From an uncultured Bacteroidota bacterium (GTDB taxonomy: Bacteria; Bacteroidota; Bacteroidia; Chitinophagales; Chitinophagaceae), in the NCBI GenBank assembly GCA_963750825.1, contig CAVVSL010000001.1:2253-66252 (forward strand): a DNA stretch of 64,000 nucleotides, read 5' to 3'. The notes below the pieces were generated by a model, which saw nothing but the letters and a program-made list of their open reading frames with translations, did not search any database and was not told the origin of the DNA. This document shows positions 28,656 to 41,422 of the stretch, one piece after another. The position numbers and the translations under genes are program-made. Each line of letters starts with the position of its first letter. Position 1 is the stretch's first letter.

Positions 28656-30878
28656 ATGGAAATCACTGTCACCACCGCCGAACAATTGCGCCTTACTGCA
28701 GAGGAATTTGCACTTATTAAGGAGAAATTAGGAAGGACTCCCAACTTTACTGAACTATGTGCTTTCAGTGGCATGTGGAGCGAGCATTGCAGCTATAAAA
28801 ACTCTATAAAATGGCTTAAAACCCTTCCCCGGGATGGTGGCCGTATGCTGGTAGCCGCGGGTGAAGAAAATGCAGGTTTGATGGACATGGGTAATGGTTT
28901 CGGTGTGGTTTTTAAAATTGAAAGTCATAACCATCCCAGCGCTATTGAACCTTTTCAGGGAGCTGCAACAGGTGTGGGAGGTATCCAGCGGGATATTTTT
29001 ACCATGGGTGCCAGGCCGATAGCGTCCCTGAATAGTCTGCGCTTTGGTAACCTGCAGGATAAAAAAACACAACGTTTAGTAAGAGGTGTGGTACATGGAA
29101 TTGGTCATTATGGAAATTGCTTCGGCGTTCCAACAGTTGGGGGGGAAGTGTATTTTGAAGACTGTTACCATACCAACCCGCTGGTGAATGCCATGAGTGT
29201 TGGCATTATGGAAGCCCGGAAAATGGTGAGTGCTACCGCAGCAGGAACGGGTAACCCTGTTTTTTTTGTAGGAAGCGCCACAGGTAAGGATGGGATAGGG
29301 GGGGCTTCATTTGCTTCAGCAGATATTACAGCAGAAAGCACTGAAGAGTTACCCGCCGTGCAGGTTGGCGACCCGTTTCAGGAAAAGAAACTGCTGGAAG
29401 CCTGTTTGGAAGTGATTGAGACCGGTGCCGTAATCGGTATGCAGGATATGGGTGCAGCAGGTATCATTTGTTCCACCGCAGAAATGAGTGCCAAAGGAGG
29501 TGTGGGGATGCGTATAGACCTTGATAAGGTTCCTACCCGTCAAAAAAATATGAAAGCCTGGGAATTGCTGTTAAGTGAAAGCCAGGAACGTATGCTGGTA
29601 GTAGTAGAAAGAGGAAAGGAAGCAGCTGTTTTGAAAGTGTTTGAAAAATGGGACCTGAGTTGCAGTGAAATTGGACAGGTTACAGATGATGGCCTTTTAA
29701 AGTTTTACATGAACGGCCAGTTGGAAGCTGAGATTCCTGCATATGAACTGGTTTTGGGCGGAGGGGCTCCGCAGTATACACGCGATTACCAGGAACCTAA
29801 ATATTTTGCCAACATTCGTTCTTTTGACCAGACAAGTGTTGAGGATGTAACAGACCTGAAAAGTATTGCTGAACAATTGATTCAGATTCCCAATATAGCT
29901 TCCAAAAGGTGGATATATACCCAATACGATAGTATGGTGGGTGCTGCCAATGCATCTACCAATGCACCCAGTGATGCCTCCATAATTTTAGCCAAAGGAA
30001 CGGGAAAAGCTTTGGCCATTACAGTGGACTGTAACAGTAAATATGTTTTTGCTGATCCTTATAAAGGAGGGATGATAGCAGTAGCCGAAGCTGCCAGAAA
30101 TATAGTTTGTAGCGGTGGTGAGCCAATTGGCGTAACCAATTGTCTCAATTTTGGTAACCCTTATGATCCGGAAGTGTATTACCAGTTTGTAAAAGCCGTA
30201 ACCGGCATGGGAGATGCCTGTCGTAAATTCAATACACCGGTTACAGGTGGCAATGTTAGTTTTTATAACCAGAATCCTGATGGTCCCGTTTATCCTACAC
30301 CCACTATTGGAATGGTAGGTATACTTGATGATTTCCAAAACAGGATGACCATGTATTACAAGCAAGCCGGCGATGATATTTTGCTGCTGGGCAAACAACA
30401 AAATGACATTGGCTCCTCTGAATACCTGCATAAACTGAGAAAAGTTTCCTTTTCTCCGGCACCCTATTTTGACCTGGATGAAGAATATGCTGTACAACAA
30501 TTGATAGCTTCTCTGATAAAAGAGCGACTTATTACCAGTGCCCATGATGTAAGCGAAGGAGGTCTGGCCATAACCCTGCTGGAATCTGGATTTTATTCCG
30601 GGTTGGGTTTTGATGTGTCTGCACAAACCCATCTCCGTAATGATGCTTTTTGGTTTGGTGAAGCCCAGGGAAGAATTGTTGTATCCTGCGGAGAAGGTAT
30701 GGCTGCCGATATTATCAATAAAGCGGGCAATGCCGGTATAGCTACTATTACATTAGGAAGCGTGACAACCGGAACAATCCAGGTTAATGGGGATGACTGG
30801 GGCCATATTAAAGAGTGGCAGGAAAAATACGATACTGCCATAGAAAAAATCATTAGCCAGCCTAAAGAAAATCAATAG
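28656..30878 (+). CDS. purL: Phosphoribosylformylglycinamidine synthase subunit PurL (small type)
   Basis: WSEHCSYK, ESHNHPS, QDMGAAG, LSESQERM and GGNVSFYN; 740 aa with no fused glutaminase domain. Confidence 0.97.
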   Translation: MEITVTTAEQLRLTAEEFALIKEKLGRTPNFTELCAFSGMWSEHCSYKNSIKWLKTLPRDGGRMLVAAGEENAGLMDMGNGFGVVFKIESHNHPSAIEPFQGAATGVGGIQRDIFTMGARPIASLNSLRFGNLQDKKTQRLVRGVVHGIGHYGNCFGVPTVGGEVYFEDCYHTNPLVNAMSVGIMEARKMVSATAAGTGNPVFFVGSATGKDGIGGASFASADITAESTEELPAVQVGDPFQEKKLLEACLEVIETGAVIGMQDMGAAGIICSTAEMSAKGGVGMRIDLDKVPTRQKNMKAWELLLSESQERMLVVVERGKEAAVLKVFEKWDLSCSEIGQVTDDGLLKFYMNGQLEAEIPAYELVLGGGAPQYTRDYQEPKYFANIRSFDQTSVEDVTDLKSIAEQLIQIPNIASKRWIYTQYDSMVGAANASTNAPSDASIILAKGTGKALAITVDCNSKYVFADPYKGGMIAVAEAARNIVCSGGEPIGVTNCLNFGNPYDPEVYYQFVKAVTGMGDACRKFNTPVTGGNVSFYNQNPDGPVYPTPTIGMVGILDDFQNRMTMYYKQAGDDILLLGKQQNDIGSSEYLHKLRKVSFSPAPYFDLDEEYAVQQLIASLIKERLITSAHDVSEGGLAITLLESGFYSGLGFDVSAQTHLRNDAFWFGEAQGRIVVSCGEGMAADIINKAGNAGIATITLGSVTTGTIQVNGDDWGHIKEWQEKYDTAIEKIISQPKENQ

Positions 30879-30913
30879 TGGATTTTACTACCTAAAGCCA
30901 AAGCAGCCATTTG

Positions 30914-31987
30914 ATGAAGCAAGATTTTGTCTATACCAATCAATTATCACCATCCGGCGAATCAAGTGATACTGCTCAGGGGGAAGCTGCTATTATCGTA
31001 ACCGGTGCTGCCGGTTTTATCGGGTCATGTATGGTTCAGCACCTGAATGACCATGGTTTTGAAAACCTTATCCTCGTTGATGATTTTGGCCGGGAAGACA
31101 AAAGGAAAAATTGGGAAACCAAAAAGTACAGCCTGATTGTTGAGCGGTACAATCTTTTTGACTGGTTAGCGGCAAATCGCCCCAATATTAGTATTGTCAT
31201 TCACCTGGGTGCCAGAACCGATACCACTGAGTTTGATTATGCCATTCACGAAATGCTGAATGTTCAATATTCAAAGGATGTCTGGTCTTTTTGTGCTACT
31301 GAACAGATTCCCCTGATCTATGCGTCCTCTGCGGCTACCTATGGTTCGGGTGATTTGGGTTATGCAGATGATCATGACCTGGTTGAAAAACTGACCCCTC
31401 TGAATCCCTATGGTGTCAGCAAAAATGAATTTGATAAATGGGCAATAGGTGAACTGGCCTCAAACAGGCCCTGCCCTCCCTGTTGGGCAGGATTAAAGTT
31501 TTTCAATGTATATGGTCCCAATGAATACCATAAGGGCCGGATGGCCAGTGTTATCTGGCACGCGTTCAACCAGATAAAGAAAGAGGGGGTTGTAAAATTA
31601 TTCAAAAGCCATAAAGCCGGTTTTGCAGATGGAGAACAGTTGCGTGATTTTGTTTACGTCAAAGATGTGTTGGGCGTAATAGCCTGGATGCAGTCTGAAA
31701 TGCTTGCCGGAAACTGGACTGTTGCCCTGAATGGCCTGTATAATTTGGGAACAGGGAAGGCCCGGGCTTTCAAAGACCTGGTAGCGGCTACATTTGCGGG
31801 TATGGATAAAGCTCCTTCCATCCTGTACATTGATATGCCGGAGGATATCCGTGATAAATACCAGTATTTTACAGAAGCCGATATGCGAAAACTGCGCAAA
31901 ACCGGTTACCAGGAGCCATTTTATTCCCTGGAAGAGGGTGTTGCCGATTATGTTAGAAATTACCTGCTTTCAGGGCAATACTTTTAA
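30914..31987 (+). CDS. hldD: ADP-L-glycero-D-manno-heptose 6-epimerase
   Basis: TGAAGFIGS, YASSAATYG, YGVSK, FFNVYGPNEYHKGRMAS and KYQYFTEAD. Confidence 0.93.
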   Translation: MKQDFVYTNQLSPSGESSDTAQGEAAIIVTGAAGFIGSCMVQHLNDHGFENLILVDDFGREDKRKNWETKKYSLIVERYNLFDWLAANRPNISIVIHLGARTDTTEFDYAIHEMLNVQYSKDVWSFCATEQIPLIYASSAATYGSGDLGYADDHDLVEKLTPLNPYGVSKNEFDKWAIGELASNRPCPPCWAGLKFFNVYGPNEYHKGRMASVIWHAFNQIKKEGVVKLFKSHKAGFADGEQLRDFVYVKDVLGVIAWMQSEMLAGNWTVALNGLYNLGTGKARAFKDLVAATFAGMDKAPSILYIDMPEDIRDKYQYFTEADMRKLRKTGYQEPFYSLEEGVADYVRNYLLSGQYF

Positions 31988-32021
31988 CTTCACTTACCTT
32001 ATTCACCATTAATCATTTTAC

Positions 32022-32822
32022 ATGCCTAAAAAAATAGCCATCATCGGGGGTGGAAACCTGGGTGTAGCCATAGCCGAGGGTTTGGTTGCCAGTGGTTTCA
32101 TCCATTCCGAGCACCTGATAGTTACCAGACGAAACATCAGTCACCTGAAATCCCTGGAAGAAAAAGGGGTAATCGTCAGTAATGATAATGTGCAGGCAGT
32201 GAACTATGCCGATTACATAATTCTGGCGGTTAAACCCTATCAGATTAAAGAGGTACTCGCCAATATTCAACCCTACCTTAATCCGGAAAAACACGTGCTG
32301 ATTAGTGTGGTAACCGGAGTTTGGATAAATGAGATGCAGGAAATTATAGGGGAAAATCTCCCCTTGTTCAGGGCCATGCCGAATACCGCTATTGCTATCC
32401 AGGAAAGTATGACCTGTATATGTGCTTCAGGAGCAAATAGTAATCAGTTGCAATATGTAACCGATTTATTTGAACAATTAGGTCGTTCTGTTTATATAGA
32501 TGAGAAACTAATGGATGCTGCTACCGTATTGGGCGCTTGCGGTACTGCTTTCGCTATGCGGTATATTCGGGCTAATATACAGGGAGGAATTGAAATCGGC
32601 TTTAGTGCCGCTACGGCCTCTTTGATAGCTGCCCAAACAGTGATGGGGGCTGCGGAATTGCTGTTGTTAAAAAACACACATCCCGAACAGGAAATCGATA
32701 AAGTGACCACGCCTAAAGGTTGCACTATTGCCGGCTTAAACGAAATGGAACACCAGGGTTTCAGTTCTTCACTGATCAAAGGGTTAATAACCAGTTATAA
32801 GAAAATCGTAAATGATATGTGA
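32022..32822 (+). CDS. proC: Pyrroline-5-carboxylate reductase
   Basis: IGGGNLG, LAVKP, RAMPN and VTTPKGCTIAG. Confidence 0.96.
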   Translation: MPKKIAIIGGGNLGVAIAEGLVASGFIHSEHLIVTRRNISHLKSLEEKGVIVSNDNVQAVNYADYIILAVKPYQIKEVLANIQPYLNPEKHVLISVVTGVWINEMQEIIGENLPLFRAMPNTAIAIQESMTCICASGANSNQLQYVTDLFEQLGRSVYIDEKLMDAATVLGACGTAFAMRYIRANIQGGIEIGFSAATASLIAAQTVMGAAELLLLKNTHPEQEIDKVTTPKGCTIAGLNEMEHQGFSSSLIKGLITSYKKIVNDM

Positions 32823-32824
32823 GA

Positions 32825-32865
32825 AACGGGTCAATGGATAGTTTTAATACACTCATTGACCCGTT
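32825..32865. terminator. Hairpin between convergent genes
   Basis: AACGGGTCAATG / CATTGACCCGTT 12-bp perfect inverted repeat. Confidence 0.7.
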
Positions 32866-32870
32866 CAGGT

Positions 32871-33749
32871 TTACATATGTTCTTTCAGGAAGGCGATGGC
32901 TTTGGCATGCGCATCTTCTGTAGCCGCTTTGTTAAAGCTGGGATTACTTGGATTGGCAAATCCATGACCTGCTTCATATTTGTAAGCGGTAATTTTTTTG
33001 CCGGAAAGCTGCATATCTGCCTGGAATTGGTTGACCATTTCGGGAGAAGGGCTTCTGTCCAGATTACCAAAAAAACCAATCACATCACAATTCAGGGTTT
33101 TTAATTTGTCCAGATTGGTTTCCGGCCTGCCATAATACATAACACATCCTGCTGCCTGTTTTCCGGCAAGTAAGGTTGTCTGCAAACTCCACATTCCCCC
33201 AAAACACCAGCCTATGGTATAAATTTTGGCGTCAGTACCGGCATGGGCAAGTGCGCCTTTAATGATATTTTCCAGCCTATCGGTTTTAGCCGCCTGCATC
33301 AGTTTCATCGCACTATCCGGAGTGGCTGCCACCCTACCATCATACAAGTCCAGGGCAATAACATTGACATTTTCGAGTTCCTGGGAAAGAATATCACTTT
33401 CTCTCTTAATATAATCATTGAGTCCCCACCATTCCTGGATCACAAAAACCCATTTACTGGAAGGTTTTTTACTTTTGATTTCATAACCGGAAGCCATTGA
33501 ACCATCGGCAGCTTTAAAACTGATTTTTGTACCCAATGCATCTGCCAGTTTATAGGCCAGGGGAGTTGGGTGTAACTGGGCAAAAGCAAGGGTCGATGCT
33601 TCAACCCTGAACTGTTCCCTTACGTCGGCATTGAAACAACTCACATAACATGACGAAGTAAGTAGCTGAGGATCAGCTTGTTTTGGTTTATAGGCCATTA
33701 TGGCGGCAGTAACAAATGCAGCCAGCATGACAAAGAATGTACGTTTCAT
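32871..33749 (-). CDS. Dienelactone hydrolase family protein (secreted)
   Basis: QEWWGLN, GWCFGG nucleophile motif and HGFANP; signal peptide. Confidence 0.92.
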   Translation of the reverse strand: MKRTFFVMLAAFVTAAIMAYKPKQADPQLLTSSCYVSCFNADVREQFRVEASTLAFAQLHPTPLAYKLADALGTKISFKAADGSMASGYEIKSKKPSSKWVFVIQEWWGLNDYIKRESDILSQELENVNVIALDLYDGRVAATPDSAMKLMQAAKTDRLENIIKGALAHAGTDAKIYTIGWCFGGMWSLQTTLLAGKQAAGCVMYYGRPETNLDKLKTLNCDVIGFFGNLDRSPSPEMVNQFQADMQLSGKKITAYKYEAGHGFANPSNPSFNKAATEDAHAKAIAFLKEHM

Positions 33750-34056
33750 ATAATTTTTTTAGACATAAAGATATTCACTTCCCATTAACACGAATTGGGC
33801 AGAGAAGTTCTGATTTCAGCAGCTATTTTTTTTTGTCAAACTTTTTACTGTAGGTTTGTACGACCTCTGAATATTTTCTGCACCATTCTGTTTACCAAGG
33901 TCAATTATTTTTATTGTTTATACCCTATAAATTCCTGCTTTATGCAGTTATTTGTTAATGGGTATTATTGTTTTTCCGGAGTGGTTCCGGATTGTTTTTT
34001 GATTAGTGATGGCATTAAAAATGGGAATGCCTTTTGAATATAGAACGAACAATTGA

Positions 34057-35712
<1,656 letters not shown>

Positions 35713-35843
35713 GCAGGTTTTGCTCAATGAATATGGCTTAACTTTTGCCACAAATTTGCGGTAACTGCTGTAATAGCGGGTTAATTCGTATAATTTGTGG
35801 CAATTATTTTTATTGTAAACAGGTACTAAAAAATAAATATTTT

Positions 35844-38009
35844 ATGATCTCTTTTAAATCAATCTTCACAATTACCCTCTTTTTTATTGGAACGCTACTA
35901 TCTGCACAGGGCTTACAATGGAACCAGCAGGGTAATGGATATTATAGTGTGGAAGCGGGAGAAATTATCAGGACAGATTTGCCCGCACTCTCTAAAACGG
36001 TTATTGTTAACCGTGACCTATTAAGGCCTGAAAAGGATAAGTCACCCATAACTGTTCGCAGTTTTGCTTTTTCGACTGACAATAAAAAAGTATTACTATA
36101 CACCAACACCCAAAAGGTATGGAGAGAGGACTCAAGGGGTGATTACTGGGTACTCGACCTCAACAATAACCAATTAAAACAAATTGGTAAAAGTCATCCG
36201 GCATCTTCGCTGATGTTCGCTAAATTTTCTCCTGATGGATCCAAAGTAGCTTATGTAAGCGAGTACAACATTTATATGGAAGACCTGAAAACAGGGAAGG
36301 GTAATGCACTTACTACAGGAGGTAACAGAAAATTGATTAATGGAACTTTTGACTGGGCCTATGAAGAGGAGTTTGGCTGCAAGGACGGGTTTCGCTGGAG
36401 TCCCGATAGCCGGAAAATTGCCTATTGGCAGATTGATGCCCGGAATGTCAAAAACTACCTCATGTTGAATACTACGGATTCAATATATCCGCATACAGTG
36501 CCGGTAGAATATCCTTCTGCGGGAGAAGCACCATCCCCGTATAAAATTGGGGTAATCGATGTCGCCACCCGTAACCATACATGGATGCAGATTCCGACTG
36601 ATCCGGTTCTGCAATCCTATGTACCCAGAATGGAATGGGCAGGTAACAGTACAGAATTGATTATCCAGCACCTTAACCGAAAACAAAATGATTGTAACCT
36701 GATGCTTTGTAATGTTGTATCAGGAAAGTCAACCAGTATCTACCATGAAACAGATGCTGCATGGATTGATGTGGCTTCCTCCCTTTCTGAAAAATTCTGG
36801 TTGGCCGGGGGCAAGGAATTCTTATGGACCAGTGACAAGGACGGCTGGCGGCATGTATACCGTATCAGCAGGGATGGAAAGAGGGAACAATTGATTACGA
36901 AAGGCAATTTTGATATAATGGGCATTATGGCTATTGATGAAACTGATGGTTATGCCTATTATTATGCCAGTCCCGATAATGCTACCCAGCGCTACTTATA
37001 CCGGTCTAAACTGGATGGAAGTACTAATCCGGAGAAAATCTCTCCGCTCGGTCAAACAGGTACGCATAGTTATAACCTATCGCCTTCTGCCAAATTTGCC
37101 CAGCATATTTTTTCCAATTATTATACCCCGGGTGCCAGGGAATGGGTAAGTCTGCCCGATCATAAAACCTTTAATGGAAACCAGGTGGCAGAGGCGATTG
37201 CCAAAGCCAATCCAGCCAAATCAAACCTCAGTTTCTTTACGGTTACTACCGAAGAGGGGGTAACCATGGATGGGTGGATGGTAAAGCCCGACAATTTTGA
37301 TCCCACCAAAAAGTATCCTTTGGTGTTTTATGTGTATACGGAGCCTGCAGGACAAAATGCCAAAGACCAGTTCGGGGCCGGGAATAACCGTTTGTATAAG
37401 GGCAATATGGCAAGTGACGGATACATTTATATTACCATTGATAACAGGGGGACACCTGCACCCAAAGGAAGGGAATGGCGTAAATCCATTTATCGTAAGA
37501 TTGGCCGTCTCAATATCCGTGACCAGGCCCTGGCAGCTAAAGAAATCCTTAAGTATCCTTATGTAGACAGTTCCCGGGTGGCTGTATGGGGATGGAGCGG
37601 AGGCGGTTCAGCTACTTTGGGTTTGTTATTTCAATACCCTGAAATTTATAAAACGGGTATTTCCATTGCTGCAGTGAGTAACCAACTCACCTATGATAAT
37701 ATTTATCAGGAAAGGTATATGGGATTGCCACAGGAAAACAGAGAAGACTTCGTCAATGGCTCACCCATCACCTATGCTAAAAACCTGAAGGGTCACTTAT
37801 TGTACATCCATGGAACAGGGGATGATAATGTACATTATAACAATGCGGAGATGCTGATTAATGAACTCATCGCTAATGGAAAACAATTCCAGCTAATGAG
37901 CTATCCTAACCGTACACATGGTATCTCAGAAGGTAAAGGAACAAACCAGCATTTGTCGCAATTGTATACAGACTTTCTAAAGATGTATTGTCCACCCGGC
38001 GGTAGATAA
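35844..38009 (+). CDS. S9 family dipeptidyl peptidase IV-like protein
   Basis: Signal peptide; DWAYEEE, GWSGGG catalytic Ser and HGTGDDNVH. Confidence 0.93.
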   Translation: MISFKSIFTITLFFIGTLLSAQGLQWNQQGNGYYSVEAGEIIRTDLPALSKTVIVNRDLLRPEKDKSPITVRSFAFSTDNKKVLLYTNTQKVWREDSRGDYWVLDLNNNQLKQIGKSHPASSLMFAKFSPDGSKVAYVSEYNIYMEDLKTGKGNALTTGGNRKLINGTFDWAYEEEFGCKDGFRWSPDSRKIAYWQIDARNVKNYLMLNTTDSIYPHTVPVEYPSAGEAPSPYKIGVIDVATRNHTWMQIPTDPVLQSYVPRMEWAGNSTELIIQHLNRKQNDCNLMLCNVVSGKSTSIYHETDAAWIDVASSLSEKFWLAGGKEFLWTSDKDGWRHVYRISRDGKREQLITKGNFDIMGIMAIDETDGYAYYYASPDNATQRYLYRSKLDGSTNPEKISPLGQTGTHSYNLSPSAKFAQHIFSNYYTPGAREWVSLPDHKTFNGNQVAEAIAKANPAKSNLSFFTVTTEEGVTMDGWMVKPDNFDPTKKYPLVFYVYTEPAGQNAKDQFGAGNNRLYKGNMASDGYIYITIDNRGTPAPKGREWRKSIYRKIGRLNIRDQALAAKEILKYPYVDSSRVAVWGWSGGGSATLGLLFQYPEIYKTGISIAAVSNQLTYDNIYQERYMGLPQENREDFVNGSPITYAKNLKGHLLYIHGTGDDNVHYNNAEMLINELIANGKQFQLMSYPNRTHGISEGKGTNQHLSQLYTDFLKMYCPPGGR

Positions 38010-38030
38010 ACATAAACGGAAATGGCTACT

Positions 38031-38071
38031 TAGCTGCAGGTATACTAAAAAAATCAGTTTACCTGCAGCTA
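38031..38071. terminator. Hairpin between convergent genes
   Basis: TAGCTGCAGGTA / TACCTGCAGCTA 12-bp inverted repeat. Confidence 0.7.
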
Positions 38072-38092
38072 TTTATCTGAAAAGTAGGGCTA

Positions 38093-39292
38093 TTAAATTT
38101 CTTGTTTGGTCAGCACGTCTTTTTTTAAGGAGTTCCAGATATTATCAAAGGTAACGTCAGGGTTTTTCTTCCATGCTTCCATACTTTCTTTCACTTTTTC
38201 TTTTCGGTAAGGTTCAGCACCGGATAAAAAATTTCTGATAAAATCGGCATCCTGTTCAAAAGCTGTCTGGTTATAAAGTTCCTTCAGGGCCAATGCTCTA
38301 TCATGGTTATTTCCGGAAAGGGTGATTTCCTGTGCCTCCTGGAGCCTGACTTTTTCTTCATAGCTCCCCTCCGGTAAAAGTGTTTTGGCAATTACGGGCA
38401 TCAGCTCTATCAGCATCAGCAGGGCTACCAGTAAATAATAACGAAAGGCCACTGCAGTATTGTTCTGTACCAGGTGGTTGAGGGCTTCAATCCTTGTAAC
38501 AAAACCATCATTTAATAATTTACCAAAAGCCTGTTGTTCCTGTTGGATGGATTGATCTATTGCTGCAAGTGAACTGTCTGCACTTTTTATGGCAGGGAGT
38601 AACCGGACTGATAATTGCTTGTAGTCTGCCTCCAGTTTCAGGTAAGATTCCTGTTTGGCTTTGGCAATATCTTTCAGGCCAATTTTTTTACTGCCACCAC
38701 TACCGTCCGTTTCACTGATAAAGGCATTTCTGGCGGTTGAAACCTCAGTATAACGGTCAGCTAACTGACGTTGAAGCCCCCCCTTTTCAGCCAGAAGAAT
38801 GGCCCTTTCTGATTTGAAAAATGAATCCTGTTGTAATTTTTTACCCTGTTTTCTCTTCTCATTGTCCAGTGAAATCTGTACATGGATTTCTTTATCAAAT
38901 AAAAACAACAGTGCTGGCTGGGCCATGAAAAGACCAATGGTCAATGCCAGTACAAACCTTAAAAGAAGGGGGGCGTATTTTCTTTTATGCAATTTGTTAA
39001 TGCCTTTGATTAATGCCCGGTCAATCGAAAGAATGATGCCTCCCATGAACAGGCCCAGGAGACTATATACAACCGGTTGGCTGATTACGGTGCTAAAGAA
39101 ATAAGCCCACGCCAGCGTGGCAAATGCCCAGGTACCCAAAACAGTCATGCCTACTATGGCATACCTGTTTCGGTCTACAACACAATCTTTCAAAAGTGGT
39201 TCCTCGGCAGTCGACAACCACCACAAAAAGCGGGTGAACCGGGAGGGCACATAGATTTCAGTACGGGAAACAAGGGGTGTATTGTCCAGCAT
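38093..39292 (-). CDS. DUF4407 domain membrane / coiled-coil protein
   Basis: N-terminal TM helices (RYAIVG, IDRALI), coiled coil, ETDGSGGSKKIG and C-terminal TM IELMPVIAK. Confidence 0.8.
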   Translation of the reverse strand: MLDNTPLVSRTEIYVPSRFTRFLWWLSTAEEPLLKDCVVDRNRYAIVGMTVLGTWAFATLAWAYFFSTVISQPVVYSLLGLFMGGIILSIDRALIKGINKLHKRKYAPLLLRFVLALTIGLFMAQPALLFLFDKEIHVQISLDNEKRKQGKKLQQDSFFKSERAILLAEKGGLQRQLADRYTEVSTARNAFISETDGSGGSKKIGLKDIAKAKQESYLKLEADYKQLSVRLLPAIKSADSSLAAIDQSIQQEQQAFGKLLNDGFVTRIEALNHLVQNNTAVAFRYYLLVALLMLIELMPVIAKTLLPEGSYEEKVRLQEAQEITLSGNNHDRALALKELYNQTAFEQDADFIRNFLSGAEPYRKEKVKESMEAWKKNPDVTFDNIWNSLKKDVLTKQEI

Positions 39293-39463
39293 AACAAAGG
39301 ATTTCCAAAAAGTGAATAAAGAGGTAGAAGTTGGGAATATCCTTTGGTTAAAGTATAAGACATAAAGGAACAGCAAAATTCCCGATTTTAAAGGCATTTC
39401 ATGGGATTTAGGGGTATTTTAACGCCTTTCCCAATTGGGGTTTCCATTCTTGGCTGCAAATCC

Positions 39464-39471
39464 TACCTTTG
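39464..39471 (+). promoter_or_regulatory. -7 promoter element for yidC
   Basis: TACCTTTG, 19 nt before the ATG. Confidence 0.6.
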
Positions 39472-39490
39472 CCGCTCAATAAAATTGTTT

Positions 39491-41329
39491 ATGAAGACGG
39501 ATAAGAATACGGTCATTGGGTTTGTATTACTGGGTATCTTATTTTTTGCCTATTTCTGGTTCAGTAATAAACAACAGGGCGAATTGCAGGCCATCAGGCA
39601 AAAACAGGAAGACTCCTTAAAAAGGGTTGCTGCAGCCAATGCCAAACCAGTAGATGCAGCGGCGGCCAAAGCCGATTCATTGCAAAGGGATTCTATATTC
39701 AGGGTAACTACTGCGGGTGACTTCAATACTGCCGCTATTAATACAGAAAAACTGGTGGAGGTCAGCAATGACCTTATGACGGTTACTTTCACCAATAAAG
39801 GTGCTCAGATCAAAACTGTTTTATTGAAAAAATATGCATCGGTTGACGGTAAACCGGTGGTATTAACCAATGACCAGATGGGGTATTCCGTCAATACCGC
39901 AGCGAATCAATCGGCACAGACATCCAGCCTGTTTTTCACAGATACAGCACCTGTAACCAATGCAGATGGAAGCCAGACCGTTCTTTTCACATTGGTTTCT
40001 GCTTCGGGTGAAAAAATTATTCACCAATATATCATCCGGCCCAAAGAATATATGATAGACTGGAATATTCAGTTATCCGGTGCAGACAAACTTTTGAGCC
40101 AGGGATTACTGAATGTTACCTGGCATACAACCACCTACCAGCATGAAAAGACGGCTGCTTATGAAAGACAGATGTCGAATATATGCTTCTCAGAAGGAAA
40201 TGAGTTTGATTACATATCCTCAAAAACCGAAAAAAAGTTTGAAAAGAACGTACAATGGGTAAGTGTTGTTCAGCAATTCTTCAATAGCACCCTTTTAGCT
40301 AAAAACAGTTTTGCAGGCGGACAGGTTGACTGGGCCAGAAAAACAGACAGTAGTAATGTACTGGCAGCTGCTGATGTATCTATGCAATTGAAATTGCCCG
40401 CAGCTGCTTCTGTAAATGTACCCATGCAACTTTTTTACGGCCCCAGTGACTATAACATTTTACAAAAACAGGCCCCGGAGATGGACAAGATTGTTAATCT
40501 GGGAAGGGATATGTATTCCTTTGTAAGGCCTATTAATAAGTACATTATCAAAAATGTATTTGATTTCTTTGCCGGTTTTGTAACGAATTTTGGATGGGTG
40601 GTATTATTACTAACCCTGTTTATCCGTTTGGTAACTGCGCCTTTAACCTATTCCAGTTACCTGAGTGGTGCCAAGATGAAAGTTATGCGGCCTGAACTGG
40701 ATGTTTTGAAAAAGAAATTCGGGTCCGACCAGCAGGGCTTTGCCATGGAACAGATGAAACTGTTCAGAGAAGCGGGCGTAAACCCTTTGGGAGGCTGTAT
40801 CCCGGCTCTTTTGCAAATCCCTATCTTCTTTGCCTTATATAGTTTCTTTAATTCCAATATATCGCTAAGGGGACAATCATTCCTTTGGGCAAAAGACCTT
40901 TCCTCTTTTGATTCCATTGCCCACCTTCCTTTCAATATTCCGGCTTATGGTGACCATGTCAGTCTCTTCACCATTACTGCTGTAATAACCAGTTTCCTGA
41001 TTTCTATTTATAATATGAGCATGACTCCCACACAGGATAATCCGGCACTTAAATACATGCCCTATATCTTCCCGTTCATGCTTTTGTTTATATTTAACAA
41101 ACTGCCTTCGGCCCTTACCTGGTATTATACGGTTTCCAACATTATCACGCTTGGCCTGCAATTTGTAATACAGAACTATATCATTAACCATGATAAGATT
41201 TTGGCCAAAATTGATGAGAAGCGCAAAACACCCAAAACCAAGAGTAAATGGCAATTGCGTTATGATCAGATGATGGAAAGCCAGAAAAAACTGCAGGATT
41301 TGAAAAATAAGACCCAGAAGAATAAATAA
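39491..41329 (+). CDS. yidC: Membrane protein insertase YidC
   Basis: DKNTVIGF start, GVNPLGGCIPALLQIPIF, FLWAKDLS and LTWYYTVSN. Confidence 0.97.
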   Translation: MKTDKNTVIGFVLLGILFFAYFWFSNKQQGELQAIRQKQEDSLKRVAAANAKPVDAAAAKADSLQRDSIFRVTTAGDFNTAAINTEKLVEVSNDLMTVTFTNKGAQIKTVLLKKYASVDGKPVVLTNDQMGYSVNTAANQSAQTSSLFFTDTAPVTNADGSQTVLFTLVSASGEKIIHQYIIRPKEYMIDWNIQLSGADKLLSQGLLNVTWHTTTYQHEKTAAYERQMSNICFSEGNEFDYISSKTEKKFEKNVQWVSVVQQFFNSTLLAKNSFAGGQVDWARKTDSSNVLAAADVSMQLKLPAAASVNVPMQLFYGPSDYNILQKQAPEMDKIVNLGRDMYSFVRPINKYIIKNVFDFFAGFVTNFGWVVLLLTLFIRLVTAPLTYSSYLSGAKMKVMRPELDVLKKKFGSDQQGFAMEQMKLFREAGVNPLGGCIPALLQIPIFFALYSFFNSNISLRGQSFLWAKDLSSFDSIAHLPFNIPAYGDHVSLFTITAVITSFLISIYNMSMTPTQDNPALKYMPYIFPFMLLFIFNKLPSALTWYYTVSNIITLGLQFVIQNYIINHDKILAKIDEKRKTPKTKSKWQLRYDQMMESQKKLQDLKNKTQKNK

Positions 41330-41422
41330 TCGCCTGGTTCGGGAATACAAAGGGGTATTCAATGGAAAGTAAGTCCAGCCCAAGAAGAAGGTTTGTTTTA
41401 CAGGCTGAATATATAAACGTAT